The notes under the pieces are model-generated. The model worked only from the letters and a program-made list of their open reading frames with translations. It was not told the origin of the DNA and searched no databases. Made by a program: the position numbers and the translations under genes. Positions 24,796 through 37,840 of a stretch of 64,000 nucleotides of DNA are shown here, one piece after another (within the stretch, counting starts at the first letter, position 1; every line of letters begins with the position of its first letter). Source of the DNA: Callorhinchus milii (Eukaryota). The DNA lies in assembly GCF_018977255.1 (NCBI RefSeq), contig NW_024704743.1, forward strand, positions 42,286,001-42,350,000. The letters are read 5' to 3'.

Positions 24796-26164
24796 AGCAA
24801 TCAATATACTAATAACCCTCTGTATGAACGTTTCTTCTAACCTCTTCCAATGACAGTCCTGAGTTTATGCCCCTTGTTGCAGATTTTACCAGCAGTGGGA
24901 AAATATTTCACTATCTATCCTCTACACAACAACAACTTGCATTTATATAGCACATTTCATACAGGATAGATAGCATATCAGAGTGTTGCCAACTTCTAAA
25001 AACTTTGCAGAATTTTAAAGACCTCAATTGAATTGAAACCTCAATTATCCTCTCTTACTTTTACTTGTTTCATTAGAAATAGACCCACTTTTTCAAACCT
25101 GTCATCATATCTGAAATTCTCTTGCCCTACATCATCAGTGATCAGATATTGCATTTAAGATACCTCAGGTGATCCCATCTTGAAAGTTCTCTATTTGTGG
25201 ACTAAGTAATAATAATAATCCTTGCATTTGATGTAGTGCCTTATCATGTCTTTGAGACATCGCAAAGCACTTTACAGAATAATCACAAGCCATTCATATT
25301 ACACTGAACACAGCTGAAATGGGCAAATGCCTCTCTTCCCCTGCAGTTATCTCTCACCCAAGGCAGTGGACTTTTAAACCTGTGAAATCTGTCAGATGCA
25401 TATACCAATTACTGGGAGCACTAACCTCCTCCTCATGTTGTCTTTTCTCTGGTCACTTTTTGCAGGAGTATTGGTAAGTGAAGATATCTTGAAATATTGA
25501 AAATGGCAGGTTTTTCCACGTCAAAGAAGTGTGAGTAAGGCTTTTTGCACTGTATTAGAAAGTGTCTTTTGTTATTGAAAAGCTATGTTGCATTATCTTT
25601 CCTTGTTTATTCACATTTATATTTCATACATTCTTTACTAGCATTTTGCATGGTTTACCACTCAACGGTCAGACTTTATATAATAGTTGACCTGTTTTTT
25701 TATCTGAAAATGGTATTTGTGCTTTGTGGTGCTGTGTATCTATCTGTTTATTAAACCCTCTGATTACTCCCATCAAACTGTGTGTACAGTATTTAAATGT
25801 TTGCTTTTTAGGCAGAGATTGAAGTGGATGGGAGGAGTAGTTGTGCAGAATATGTCTGAAGGAGCTTGGCCTGGGACCATGAGAGCTACAGGCCATCCTG
25901 CAAACGCATTCACTTATCTAGGTTCCAGGATTGCAAACCCCTCTCTCCTGAATGGTTGCTAAGTCTGGGGACCTTGTTCAATCCCCTAATTAACTTGTGA
26001 GAGAGAGCTTTGCGTGCCAGGTTGTGATTAGTTCTGACTGTTCCCCATTTACTTGACGGCACTATTGCCATTGAACACTGCTTGTGGAATATGTCTATGT
26101 TATTGTACCAAACATTTTTTCTGTTTACTCACTGACTCTCTGAATCTCTCCCCCTCCCACCAAA

Positions 26165-26325
26165 TGACTGATTAGCCACTTTCTTAGCCCAGGAGCATTA
26201 ATATCAATTATAATGGCTCAGCTGCTGTCCAAATTGAGATCTGGTAACTCAACACAGATCAGGGATCAAATCTGCAACATTTGTGTTACTTTGAGTGTCG
26301 TATTTATCCATTGGGAGTCACCAGA
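26165..26325 (-). mobile_element. Ancient SINE (AmnSINE2-like) 5' part
   Basis: ttagcccaggagca..gagatctggtaactcaacacagatcagggatcaaa. Confidence 0.55.
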
Positions 26326-27736
26326 GGAAGGCGTTAACATCTATTTTTTTGTATCCATGATTTATTTTCTCTGCAGTCTCTTGGGCAAATATCTCAGGAG
26401 AACAAGACAGATTGGTGCACATTTAGCTCATTGTACATGTTATTAATATTGTAAATTCCCTGACATAAGGTCTACATTGGTTGGATGTCACCAACGCCAA
26501 ATAAGCAGGAAGAAATCCTGAAAGTCACTGTAAATGCCATTCATTTTGTAGCAGAAGTAACTTTATCATTCCCAGGAGAGAAAACCTCACCCAACAATTC
26601 TTTAAACTGGCCAAATCACTCCACATGCTGTAATGGTTAATTGTCTAACCAGCATTCATATCCATGCAATAGTGGAAATAATGGAGCAGTTTGACTTTGA
26701 TGTCTGGTAAAATCATTTGTGTTGTATCCAGTCTGCCAATCTTGTTTGTGATGCATTTTACTGTCATTTCCATTAAATAATCATTCACTCATAAAACTGT
26801 TTTTATTCTACGTAGGCTTTTACTGCAGACATGTGAGTGCTATGATCAATAACTGGATGAAAAAATTAATTCATTTAATGGATTTCTGGTTCAGTTGATT
26901 TAGGTCACAGAGGTCACTGGGAACTTCTTGCTCTCCCCATCATTCATATTCCAGTGTCGTCGTAATAATTCTTACTTACACTTGAATAGAATTCTTAGGT
27001 CAGAACGGGGAATGTGTGGCTCTTTAGGACTCTGGTAAGGGATTAAGCACTGGAAAATATGTAATAACTCAGAGCAGCTTTGTCATAATGTTGCAGTGGG
27101 CACTGTTTAATCACTGATGAGTCACATCCATCGTCTCCTTTTTGATGCTTTACAGCTCAGCGAGTAAATACAGAACTGGTGTCAGAAAAAAAATTAATAT
27201 GTAAAGATTTAATCCAGGAAAAGTCAAGGTCATGCTTGATCTGTGGTCCCAGATGTGCTTACAGACAGTTTTTTATGGGCCAAATTATGGTCAAAACCAT
27301 TTAGCTTAGATGACTGCCTCATTCGTACCATTAATAAAAAAAATCTCTTGGTAGATTTACCACCGTATATAACCCACACTTTGTGTTAACCTCAATGGCT
27401 GAAATAAATGAATTCCGTTTGGGGCAAACTTAAGAAAAGAATGTTGCCATTACTGATATGAAATAAAATCTGCAGAGCAGTGTGGTGTCTCCAAATGCAT
27501 CTGTCCTTTTCAATTATTGATTTTTTGGAGGGAGGAGGGGGATGTGTTTCTGCCTTGCTGACTTAAACCACTTTTACATTAAACCCCAAGCTCCTCTGGC
27601 ATCTGTCACTTCTGACTAACTTGTTTGTGATTGGTTCCAGCAAGTAAGCAGTGAAGATCCATACTTTATACTTTAACCCAATTGTATAAAAACATATGGA
27701 GAGAAATTCCACCTTGCTCCAGATTTACTCTATTTA

Positions 27737-28012
27737 TAATAATAATAATAATCCTTGCATTTGCTATAGCGTTTTTCACGTCTTCTAGACATCTCAAAGC
27801 GCTTCACAGAATATACTGTAAAGTGAATTAACTGTATATTTGTGGGCGAAACGCAGTAGCCAATTGCACACAGCAGTGTCCCACAAACAGTCCTGGATTG
27901 AGTGACCACACTGTTATTTAAATTATTTATTTCCTTGAGGGACTATTATCAGGCGTGTGGAGTTAGGAAACTTGCCCAAGGTTTCGCCCTGCCGGCAATC
28001 AAATCCAGGTCC
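27737..28012 (-). mobile_element. Short-form SINE, 5'-truncated
   Basis: (AAT)n ccttgcatttgctatagcg..aaacttgcccaaggtttcgccctg. Confidence 0.92.
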
Positions 28013-28246
28013 TCCTTCCATAGGGATAGTCAATAGTCTGCAATATTTCCAGTTTTAGCTAAAAGGAAAGATTTTTATTGAAGGATAATGTGGACAGTAT
28101 TAATAGATTAAAGTGTATGGACCTTTAGGAATTGCATGATATTGTACATCCACTCACATCGGAAGAAATCATTAAAGTTTTGGGGAGAGAAGAGCTCAGA
28201 ACTCAGAGCCCATTTGGATCACTATCATCACAGAAACAACATATAA

Positions 28247-28570
28247 GGCCTGAAATTTCACTCAGTCTTAGCCTGTAAGGCTTCCTCTTAAAATTGAACA
28301 TTCAGCAGAATTGTAGAAAATTCTTCAATTCAGTTTTAATTTCAAGACCTGCATAAAAACGGCTTCAAAATTAAGAAGTTTCTATAATTTGTGCAATTTT
28401 AAATTTCAATACAAAAATAGTCTGGTAGACTAAGATTACAGGCTTATGTGGCATTTTAGGTCCATGATGTTTTAGGAATGTGAGGCCTGAAATTTCATTT
28501 AGTCTTAGCCTATAAGACTATGTTGGTGTAAATTTTAAGATTACTCTGAATTGTAGAATAAATGCTTCTA
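28247..28570. mobile_element. Fold-back MITE-like element (28247-28463) plus second left arm (28484-28570)
   Basis: ggcctgaaatttca.t.agtcttagcct.taag occurs twice; the right end reverse-complements to ggacctaaaatgccacataagcctgtaatcttagtct. Confidence 0.65.
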
Positions 28571-28592
28571 TTTATCTTTATATATGTTGTGT

Positions 28593-28650
28593 ATATATAT
28601 TATATATTGTGTATCTACATATATATAATATAAATATATATATATATATA
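28593..28650. repeat. Imperfect (TA)n microsatellite
   Basis: Direct reading. Confidence 0.85.
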
Positions 28651-28654
28651 CGAA

Positions 28655-28800
28655 GCATAGAAACATAGAATTTTACAACACAGGAGATTATGAGCCCATC
28701 ATGCCTTTGCTGGATCTCTGAAAGAGCTATCCATTTAGTCACAGTCTCTTGCTTTGTCCCGTACTGCTTTATATTTCTTGTTTTCAGATATTTAGCTAAT
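28655..28800 (-). mobile_element. CR1 3' tail
   Basis: catagaaacatagaattttacaaca..gaaagagctatcc; similar to 41783. Confidence 0.7.
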
Positions 28801-29936
28801 GCAGAAATGAGCCTAGTTTATCTCAAACATCAATGTACCTTCACCCTACACACACGCTCCAATCTTCCTCAGTTCTGCCCCCCAGCTTGATTGTCCAACC
28901 TGGTGTGTGACATGCTTAGAGACATCTTCCCAACATGAAAGCCACTATATAAATAAAATAGTATTGTATTGTACAAGAATTTACCGTATGGTACGAGGAA
29001 CAAATTCTCAAAAAAGAAGAATTCTCTTTTTTGAGAGTTTGCACTAATTAAGTTGTGAAAAATGTGATAATGTGATAATTATCACCAGAAATAGCGAGTT
29101 AGTTTCACTCACACCTAGACAGGAAAAAATAAACTGATGCTTTCCTACCAAGTAGCAGTAGGCAGGAGTCAGGAAACTCATACCAGCCTGTCAGAGAGCA
29201 ACTTAGTCAGAGGATTGGGAGCAGGTCACATGTCTGTACTGTCGTGCAATGTGGTACATGGGATAGAGGAATGGGAAGGGAGAAAAGGCATGTCATTTAA
29301 AATATAGAGAAGAGGCAATGAGAAGGTGCTCAGTGATAAGATAACAGACTTCTGTGAGGATGAGCGCAAAATGACTTGGACGCTGAAGTGATTTGGACAA
29401 AGAGGGCTCCTTGCAAAATTCAGCTTTGGATGGCTATCAGCACTGTCTTTGTCACTGTCTCTTAAAAAAGAAAGGCTTATGTGCATAGTCTGGTGGATAG
29501 AATGGATTTCTGTTTCTATGTGGATCTGCTGTCCATCATAAGCTTCCTGTTAGTGTTAGTCATGGGAGCCATCAAAAAATATGACAATTATCCCATCAGG
29601 ACTGTTATGGTCAAACCATTCAATAATTATTCATTGGTCCAAGGGAACACTTCCCTCACCCCAATTTCAGCATAATGGTTTGACCCACAGTCCATAATCT
29701 TTTACAGCACCATGTGGATAAAGAAATGTTTAAATACTGCTGCAATAATCTGATTACTGCCACAGTCCAGTGTCCTGTTTGTATTTAGTTCCTGGCAAAC
29801 TGATGGGATACATCTGTGTTTTGCAGGGATTCTGAGCATCCGAATCAATAGAAAACTGATCCCAAATTACCTGGGAGTAAATTACCTTCATGTCCCTGTT
29901 TCTTGGGTGATCTAGTGCCTGTAGTTTATGATTCCA

Positions 29937-30157
29937 GGGCACAGAATTTCCAACTCTACTTTCTTAGCATTTCAGAGTGGAGAATTTGGCATTTTATTAA
30001 ATCAATCCCCACTTTAAAGCCCTTTTATTTGTGGTCCTTAAAAGAATGTACAGAAATTCACCTTCAATAGATTTTATTTAAGAATTTACCAAATGCTGCA
30101 CGCTCTGAAACGTTAAGAAATTAGAGGAAATCTCGACCCAAGTGAAATTTCTCTCTC
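29937..30157. mobile_element. Fold-back MITE-like element
   Basis: ctctactttcttagcatttcagagtggagaatttggc pairs with ccaaatgctgcacgctctgaaacgttaagaaattagag. Confidence 0.7.
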
Positions 30158-30423
30158 TAGAATTGTAATTTTGGGATCAAACTGAAAACATTTCAAATGT
30201 ATTTTGACTCTTGAATTAAGAGCTATTTTACTTTAAAATTCTGGATACTGCCATACATAATGGTGTCCCCATGTGGATAGTGTTTTAGAATTTGGTGCAT
30301 CTAGTGATTATGGCTCCTCAGTTATTTATATTTGTATTCTGCATTTTGTTTGGGTTAGTTTTTCACTGGGGTAGTTTTAACCCACAACTTTTTGACTCAG
30401 AGGCAAGAGGGCTAACACTGGCC

Positions 30424-30860
30424 CAGCGGTAGTGCTCTAACCTCTGAGTCATAAGATAGTGGGTTCAAGTCCCATGTCAGAAATTGGAATCACATTGTCG
30501 AAACTGATACTCCAATGCAGTGCTGGGGGGCTGTTGCATTTGTTCCTTTGTTCCTACTAGTTGCAGCTCTTGCTGTTCCTACCTGGAAGTCATTTTTTTA
30601 GTGCAGTTTCACAAGGTATTAGTTTAATTTGATCTGGTTTAACGCAATCTAAGTTAGGAAAGTATCCCATGCAGCAATACTGAAATAATAACCTTGTGCT
30701 ACCACCTTCACCTACAGATACAGTCACTACTTTGCAGTAAACAATGCTGTGCTCAATTAACTGTCACATTTCGCCTACAAAATATACAGTCACTATACTT
30801 TACAGTCTCAGAAGACTAGATGAGGTGCTATATCAAATGCAAGGATTATTATTTTTATTT
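30424..30860 (+). mobile_element. Old DeuSINE-like element
   Basis: ggtagtgctctaacctctgagtc..gggttcaagtccca head; cctacaaaatatacagtcact..aaatgcaaggattatt tail. Confidence 0.7.
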
Positions 30861-33679
30861 AAATTAGCTATGAACCAATCCAGACCTACTGGCCTGGTTC
30901 TGGCGAGTGTGCAACAATAACCAACAAATAACTTGTTCTCAAAAATAAAAGCCGTGTCATGATTGAGTGCTTTGATATTAATTATTAATCATAATAATTA
31001 ACAGGAACTGGCATCTCTATAATGTTAATTGCTGAAATGTAAGTTGTGTGGGTCTAGGAATCTTAGTCATTGTCAGCTGCGTGTGAGACTCACAACACCC
31101 TCCAAATACAAAGCTCATCATCAGTCCTCCCTTTTGTTAATGATTACAAAACCATTTCTATTAATTTCCCCGTCAATTTCTACTGATTTAATATGGATCA
31201 AAATTTCAGCAGAGAGTGTTCATGATGCCACGAAGGAAAGTGGGCTGATATGAATGAATTACTGAGGAATACCTGTGAGGGAGCTGAATTAGCATGCATG
31301 CAGTTGAAATGACAAGTTCACTTGAAGCATTTTTCGTGTTAATGCTGACAGCCAGCAACATTAATACAGGTCTCTCCCGCTGTCATGTTCAGAACCCCCA
31401 CCACTCCATTACATCAATAGCATTCACTGAATCAGCAGAAATATACTTAAAACTTAATAAAAACAGACAGAAATGATGCTGAAGTTAGGAATGAGTATTC
31501 TTAATCATGTTACTTTTAGAAGGTATACGGATGGTGAAACAACTAACGGATGACTACAATACGCGAGAGCCTTGCAAACACAGTTTGTGAAAGGGTCACA
31601 TACAGTACTTGAAGCTAATCGTCAGGAAAATTTATTTTCAGAAAAGCGTTGAGAGTGAGGAGTTAAAGCAGCTAGCGTTTGAGTATTGGTTGCAAAGAAA
31701 CTAAAGCTTCAGAATATCTGCCAGGAATTTCATCTGTAAACAAATTCCAATTGCAATGAAATCCTAATATTAAATGCAATGATAAAAGTGAACCTATCTG
31801 GAATTCAATATTATAGAAGCGAACAGACTTTTACTAACCATAGAAGAGGTGTGGCAGCAGTTGTAATCTATCAGGACGTTAAACAGGAATTCATTTGCTT
31901 GTATGCACACATGAATTCAACCACACTGTGACTGTTAGGTGCCTGTGGATATCTTAGACACTACAGCTTCTAGGAGTCAAATCAAGAGCTCAGTGTTTGC
32001 ATTTCATGAGGATACATAGTCTGAGAAAAAAGACACTTACTGATAAGTGATAATAATCCTTGCATTTGATACAGCACCTTATCATGTCTTCGAGTAGTCT
32101 CAAAACGCTTCATAGGATATACTGTAAAGTGAATCAACTATATATCTTGTGGGTGAAAAATTAGCATTTGACATTCCTGGCTTTGGTCATTTTAGGGACA
32201 ATTGGGTCTAGTTTGCGAGATTTACAAAAGGATTTTCCTCTTGATAACCAGACACCACTCAAGCCGGGCTCCAGAACTCCGTACTAATATCCGATTGATA
32301 CCGATATCCTGTGCCAGGAGCCTCCCTCGGTTGCAACACAGCTCCAATCTGAGTTGGAGCAATATCCTGGGAATAATTCTGGAGAATCAGTTGCCCACAC
32401 TTACAAATGGCAGAGCAGGCCTCAGTGAAATCATCAAGCCCATCGTCTCAAGATAATGCCCTAACATTGTCCTAACTCAGGGTGTAATAAGGTATAATTA
32501 ATCCCTGAATTAACTCAGAAAGTCATTCATTAATGATCCCACAAAAAAGGAATCAGTCAAGTGGCACCAGGGATTCTACGTCGGGTTGAGGTGCTACTAT
32601 TATTTAACAGTCAGGTTGAGGGTTATTTGATTCCACATTTTAACCTCATACTTTAAATAAGCAACAAAATGTGTTTCGGAAAACCACAATTCTGACCCTG
32701 TTAATCCATCTGAATTTATCATTCAGTGATTTTCAGTCTGCAGTTCATTCCATAGCTTTTTTTGGCGGAGTTTTTGTCCTTAGGCGCCTCTGTTAATTTA
32801 GTCACTGCTTTATAAGCCTGAATGGCTCTTTGTTGCAGGTCCAACGGCTTTGGCTGATTTTTTTTTGCTGATGCAAACAAAATTGCATTTCTCACAAATT
32901 TAGGATTACTGACCAGACACGGCTGTGATCTTAAAAGTGTTTCATTAAAAAATATGTTTGATTTCCATTGATAATAATCTCCACGTAAAGAGGAAAGCTC
33001 GGACCCGAGGATTGCAGCGCCTTGGGATGTTCTCCGACGTGAAAGGAGCTATACAAATGTAATTTTGTTGTTGTTGTATTGCATTCAGGCTGTGTAACAA
33101 GGCAAGCGGAGTGCTTAAGACTGCCGACATGTGAAGTGCTTTTAAGAAACCCTTTCATTCCAGAATTTCAAAGGATAGTCTGCTGACTCAGATGTGCAGT
33201 GCAGTGTGCGTCCAATACGAAGGGTTGGGATTTAGTGTAAGATAAATGAATAGAACTGGGTCCATTGAACAGCAAAGAGCATCCTGCCAAATAACATATC
33301 TTTGTAGTAATTCAATTTACTGCTTAAAAAAAGACACCGCAGTAATCTCATCAGGCTTTCAAACAAGGATGTCACAACATAGCCTCTGGTCTCTCTCCAG
33401 CTGGGATCTTTTATCCCTCTGCCCAGTCACATGTGGCACCATATCTACTTGCTGCCTGTACTAACCTGCAGGCACTGTGCGTCTTGCTGTGACATTACCA
33501 GCCAAAAAATGTGGTGGGATTGTAAATGTGGAGGCTCCTCTCTTTGCATGACCAACTCCCTACATAAATCAGGCTTTCAAAGTTAAAATTGCTTTCTTCT
33601 TTAAGCAATTATTAATCTGTTTTTAACTCTCCATGCAAGGAAAGGAATGTGTTTTCCTCTGTGACCATCTGGATGTTAG

Positions 33680-35224
33680 CAGCCCCTTATTACCTTGAAG
33701 AAATCTTCCCTTGACCCAACACAGCTATTCAGCTACCAGGCCATCTCCAACCTCCCTTTTCTGTCCACGGTCCTTGAGAGAACCGTCGCCTCCCAGCTTC
33801 ACTCTTTCCTCTCCTCTCACTCCCTCCATGATCTCCTCCAATCAGGTTTCCGTGTTGCCCACAGCACGGAAACTGCTCTGGTCAAGGTCACAAATGACAT
33901 CCTGACCATGTGCGACCGGGGTTCCCTCTGTCTCCTCGTTCTCCTCGACCTCTCTGCCGCTTTTGATACTGTGGATCATTCAATCCTCCTCCACCGCCTC
34001 TCCTCCAACCTCAACCCACAAGGTTCTGTCCTTGACTGGTTCATGTCCTACCTTTCACACCGCCTCCACTTCATCTCAGCTAACGGCTTGTCCTCCAGGC
34101 AACGCACCCATTCGTGCGGCATTCCTCAGGGCTCTGTCCTTGGTCCCCTCCTCTTCACCCTCTACATGGTCCCCCTTGGTGACTTCATCCGTACACATGG
34201 GGCAAATTTCCACATGTATGTGGCTGACACCCAACTCTATCTCTCTGCCTCCACCCTCAACTCCAGGACTACTGGCATCCTGACCGACTGCCTGTCCGAC
34301 ATCAAGTCCTGGATGAGGGACAACTTTCTCCAGCTGAACATCAGCAAAACAGAAGCCCTCGTGATTGGCTCGCGCCAGCGCCTCCACACCTCAGGCGCTG
34401 GCAGCATCAGCCTCCATAGCTGCACACTCAACCTCACTAAGCCAGTCAGGAACCTGGGTGTCTTATTTGACCCTGAACTGTCCTTTCTCCCCCACATCTG
34501 CGCCATGACCGGCACTGCCTACCACCACCTCTGCAACATTGCCAGACTCCGCCACTGCCTCACCCCTCAGGCTGCCGAAACCCTCACCCACGCATTCGTC
34601 ACATCAAGACTTTATTATGGAAATTCCCTCCTCATTGGCCTTCCCAACTCTTCCCTTCACAAGCTATAGATCATCCAAAACTCTGCAGCTCGTGTACTCT
34701 TGCGCATCAGGCTCCGTGACCCCATTACTACCACCCTCGCCCAACTCCACTGGCTCCCCATCCCTCAGAGGATTGAATTCGAGATTCTTGTCCTCATTTT
34801 CAGGGCCATCTGACTCCCTACCAACCTGCCCGCTCCCTCCATTCAGCGGGCTCTGGCCTACTCCACGTCGCCCGCCCGACCCGACCTACCATCGGTGGCC
34901 GGGCTTTCAGCCTCTCTGCTCCCACACTCTGGAAATCCATCCCATAGTCCCTTCACCTCGCTTCCTCCCTTGCCTTCTTCAACAATAACAACTTGGATTT
35001 ATATGGTGCCCTCCACGCCGGTCGGCGTCTCAGTGTGCTTCACAATAACGCTTCTCAAGACCCTCCTCTTCGATCGTGCCTTCGGTCACCCTCCCACCTC
35101 TCTGCCTTCCCTCACAACTACCCCACCCCTTCCCCATGCTCAGGTCCTGACCCCTGACTGCCCAATGCCTTGGGACTTCCTCCCAACGTGAAAGGTGCTC
35201 TATAAATGTAATTTTGTTGTTGTT
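33680..35224 (+). mobile_element. L2 LINE, 5'-truncated, with 324-aa RT ORF (33695-34669, inactive)
   Basis: QSGFRVAHSTETALVKV, LLDLSAAFDTVDH, GIPQGSVLGPLLF; catalytic YADD decayed to YVAD; premature TAG at 34667; hairpin + (TTG)n tail; reverse tail insert ~34981-35045. Confidence 0.97.
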
Positions 35225-36529
35225 CTTCTCTTTCCGTCCTTTAACAGTTCAAAATGAAAGTTCATTCTTGTACCTGCTGCCTCATCCCTACCATTTCAGA
35301 CTCATGAACTTAGATTTTACTTCAAGATCACAAGATTGGTTTGGATAAAGACAGTCCTTTGGCACATCCTTGTCACTGCCCCCTTCACAACATCAGCTAC
35401 TTTTTAAATGAATCCAGTGGGCTGGTCTCCACCAGCCTTCCTGGCAACCTGTTGCAGTTGTTGATTACCCCTTTGGGATCAAGAGCAAAGCAAAGGTGGA
35501 ATTTCTCCCCATTTGACTATTATATCAATTATAATAACATACAATATTAGACTCTTATCCATCTTTATAATTAAAAAGTAAGATTTCCCCCCAACCCGCA
35601 ACACTTTTTCATTTAATGGTAACTATTAAATAAATGTGCAATGTTCAAATACACCAGCTTTAAATCACATATCACAAATATTGCTTATTTTTATTCGAAA
35701 TCACTGTTACATTATTTTTGAGGTTGCTTTTAAGGTATAGAATTACAGCATTTTTTTAATTGACAATTAACTCTTTTCCCCTCATGAATCCAATTGCTGC
35801 CATAAAAAGCAATGAGGTTCTGATTATAAAAGTAGCCGAGTGAAGACACAACAATGAATTTAGCGCTCACATAAAGAATACTTCTCTCAGCCTCAACATC
35901 AGTACATTTACCTTGACAAACACATCTTATTATTTGCTTGTTAGTAAATCTGCAGAATCACTCCGTAATCTCTTAAACTGCAATAGTAGTTTACATATGT
36001 ATACATGGCTGATGTATTTCTTCCAGGGCTTGTATTAGTTTTGGTGATTTAACAGGATTTGGCCTCTTTGTATTGCAGTGGAACAGAACAGAGTGATCAG
36101 ATTAGTCATTTCGTTGCAGTCTGTTCAATTCTTGCAATGACAAGTGGTAGCTAGAATACAGACTACCAAAATGTGCAGACACATGCAAAAGGAAGAACCA
36201 TAAAGGAACATTCCAGTAATTTGCTGTTTATTTTTAATGCGTAATAAAAAGATGTGGATATTTCTCCTCTGTTCAAATTATTGATGATGTTCTTCCGTCC
36301 GCTGTAACAGACTGTACAGATATGTTTGGCTACTTTCTCTCAGATAGGGAAGCAGGTCGATGCTAGTATTTCATAATTGTTTCAGAGCGCATCATTTTAC
36401 CAGTAGTTTTGTTTTTCTTCAACAAACATGATTGCTGGTTAACTATTCATCCCATTAAATTGCAACATTTTTTTGGCAAAATTTGTATTGGTTGAAAGTA
36501 AAATTAAAAATAAAGTAAAATTAAGTTGG

Positions 36530-37840
36530 TGTGATATTGGTAAAAAAAAAGGGGCTGAGATGCTAAAGGGTGAATATCAAAAGCTGGGGAACAAACTAAA
36601 GAATAGAACATCCAAGGTGGTGATCCCTGGATTACTCCCTGTGCCTCAGGCAAATAAGTACCATAATGGCAGGATCACGCATATGAATGCTTGGCTGGAG
36701 AAATGGTCCAGAAAAGAGGGCTTCAGATTTCTGGATCATTGAGACCAGTTCTGGGGCAGGTGGGATCTGTACAATATGGATGGGTTACACCTAAACAGGG
36801 CTAGGGTGAATGTCCTTGTAGACAGGCTAACTAATGCTGTAGGAGAGGGTTTAAACTAGTTTTGAGGAGGGAAGGGAATCCAAAAACAAAGGGCTGGAAA
36901 ATGGAGAAATAAAACAAGGGGGAAGTGTAGAACAGGTCAAGTCGGTCTTGGAGTGCCTGTGCCTAAATGCACGGAGTTTAGCAAACAAGATTGGTGAACT
37001 GCAGGCTCAAGTGGTCTTAGGGGGATACGATATAGTAGCAGTAACAGAGACTTGACTAAAACAAGAACAGGAATGGAGCTGAATATTCCTGGCTATAATG
37101 TATTCAGGAGGGATAGGGAAGGAAAAAAAGGAGGCGGTGTGGCAATTTTAATCAAGGATACAGTTATAGCTGTGAAAAGAGTCGAGGTGTTGGGCGGCCC
37201 CAAAATAGAATCTATCTGGTTAGAGCTAAGGAACAAAAAAGGAGCTGTTACATTGGTAGGGGTATCCTATAGACCACCAAATAGTGGGAAGGAAATAGAT
37301 GAGCACACCTGCAAGCAGATCTCAGACAGATGCAAGGCCAATAAAGTTGTGATAATGGAGGACTTTAATTATCCCAACATAGACTGGTCAAACAATAGCG
37401 CAAAGGGCAAGGAGGGGGAAAGATTCCTAAAATGCATACAGGACAATTTTCTTGATCAGTACGTTTCCAGCCCAACGAGGAAAGAAGCAGTGATGGATCT
37501 AGTTCTGTGGAATGAAGTAGGGCAAGTGGAGCAGGTTTCACTGGGAGAGCATCTGGGCAATAGTGATCACAACATTTTTAGATTCAGAGTGCACATAGAA
37601 AGGGACAAGGAACCATCAAAGATGAAGATGCTCAACTGGAAGAGGGCTAATTTCAGTGAGTTAAAATGGGACCTAGCCAAGGTGGACCGGAAAGAAAGAT
37701 TGGCAGGTAAACAACTAAAGAGCAGTGGGAATTCTTCAAGGATGAGATAGCTCAGGGACAGAACAAATACATTCCCACAAAAGGGAAAAGTAGGGTTTCC
37801 AAACCTCCCCGGATGTGCTGTACGATTCTATGATTCCATG
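36530..37840 (+). mobile_element. CR1 fragment: ORF1 C-terminus (SGNH esterase-like) and ORF2 APE endonuclease joined to a CR1 tail
   Basis: KVVIPGLLPVP..EGFRFLDH..DGLHLN; LNARSL, YRPP, DFNYPNIDW, GNSDHN; ends tgctgtacgattctatgattccatg. Confidence 0.93.

Noticed and set aside
33695..34669. Functional or domesticated reverse transcriptase gene
   Set aside because: 5'-truncated, no ATG start, catalytic YADD changed to YVAD, premature stop
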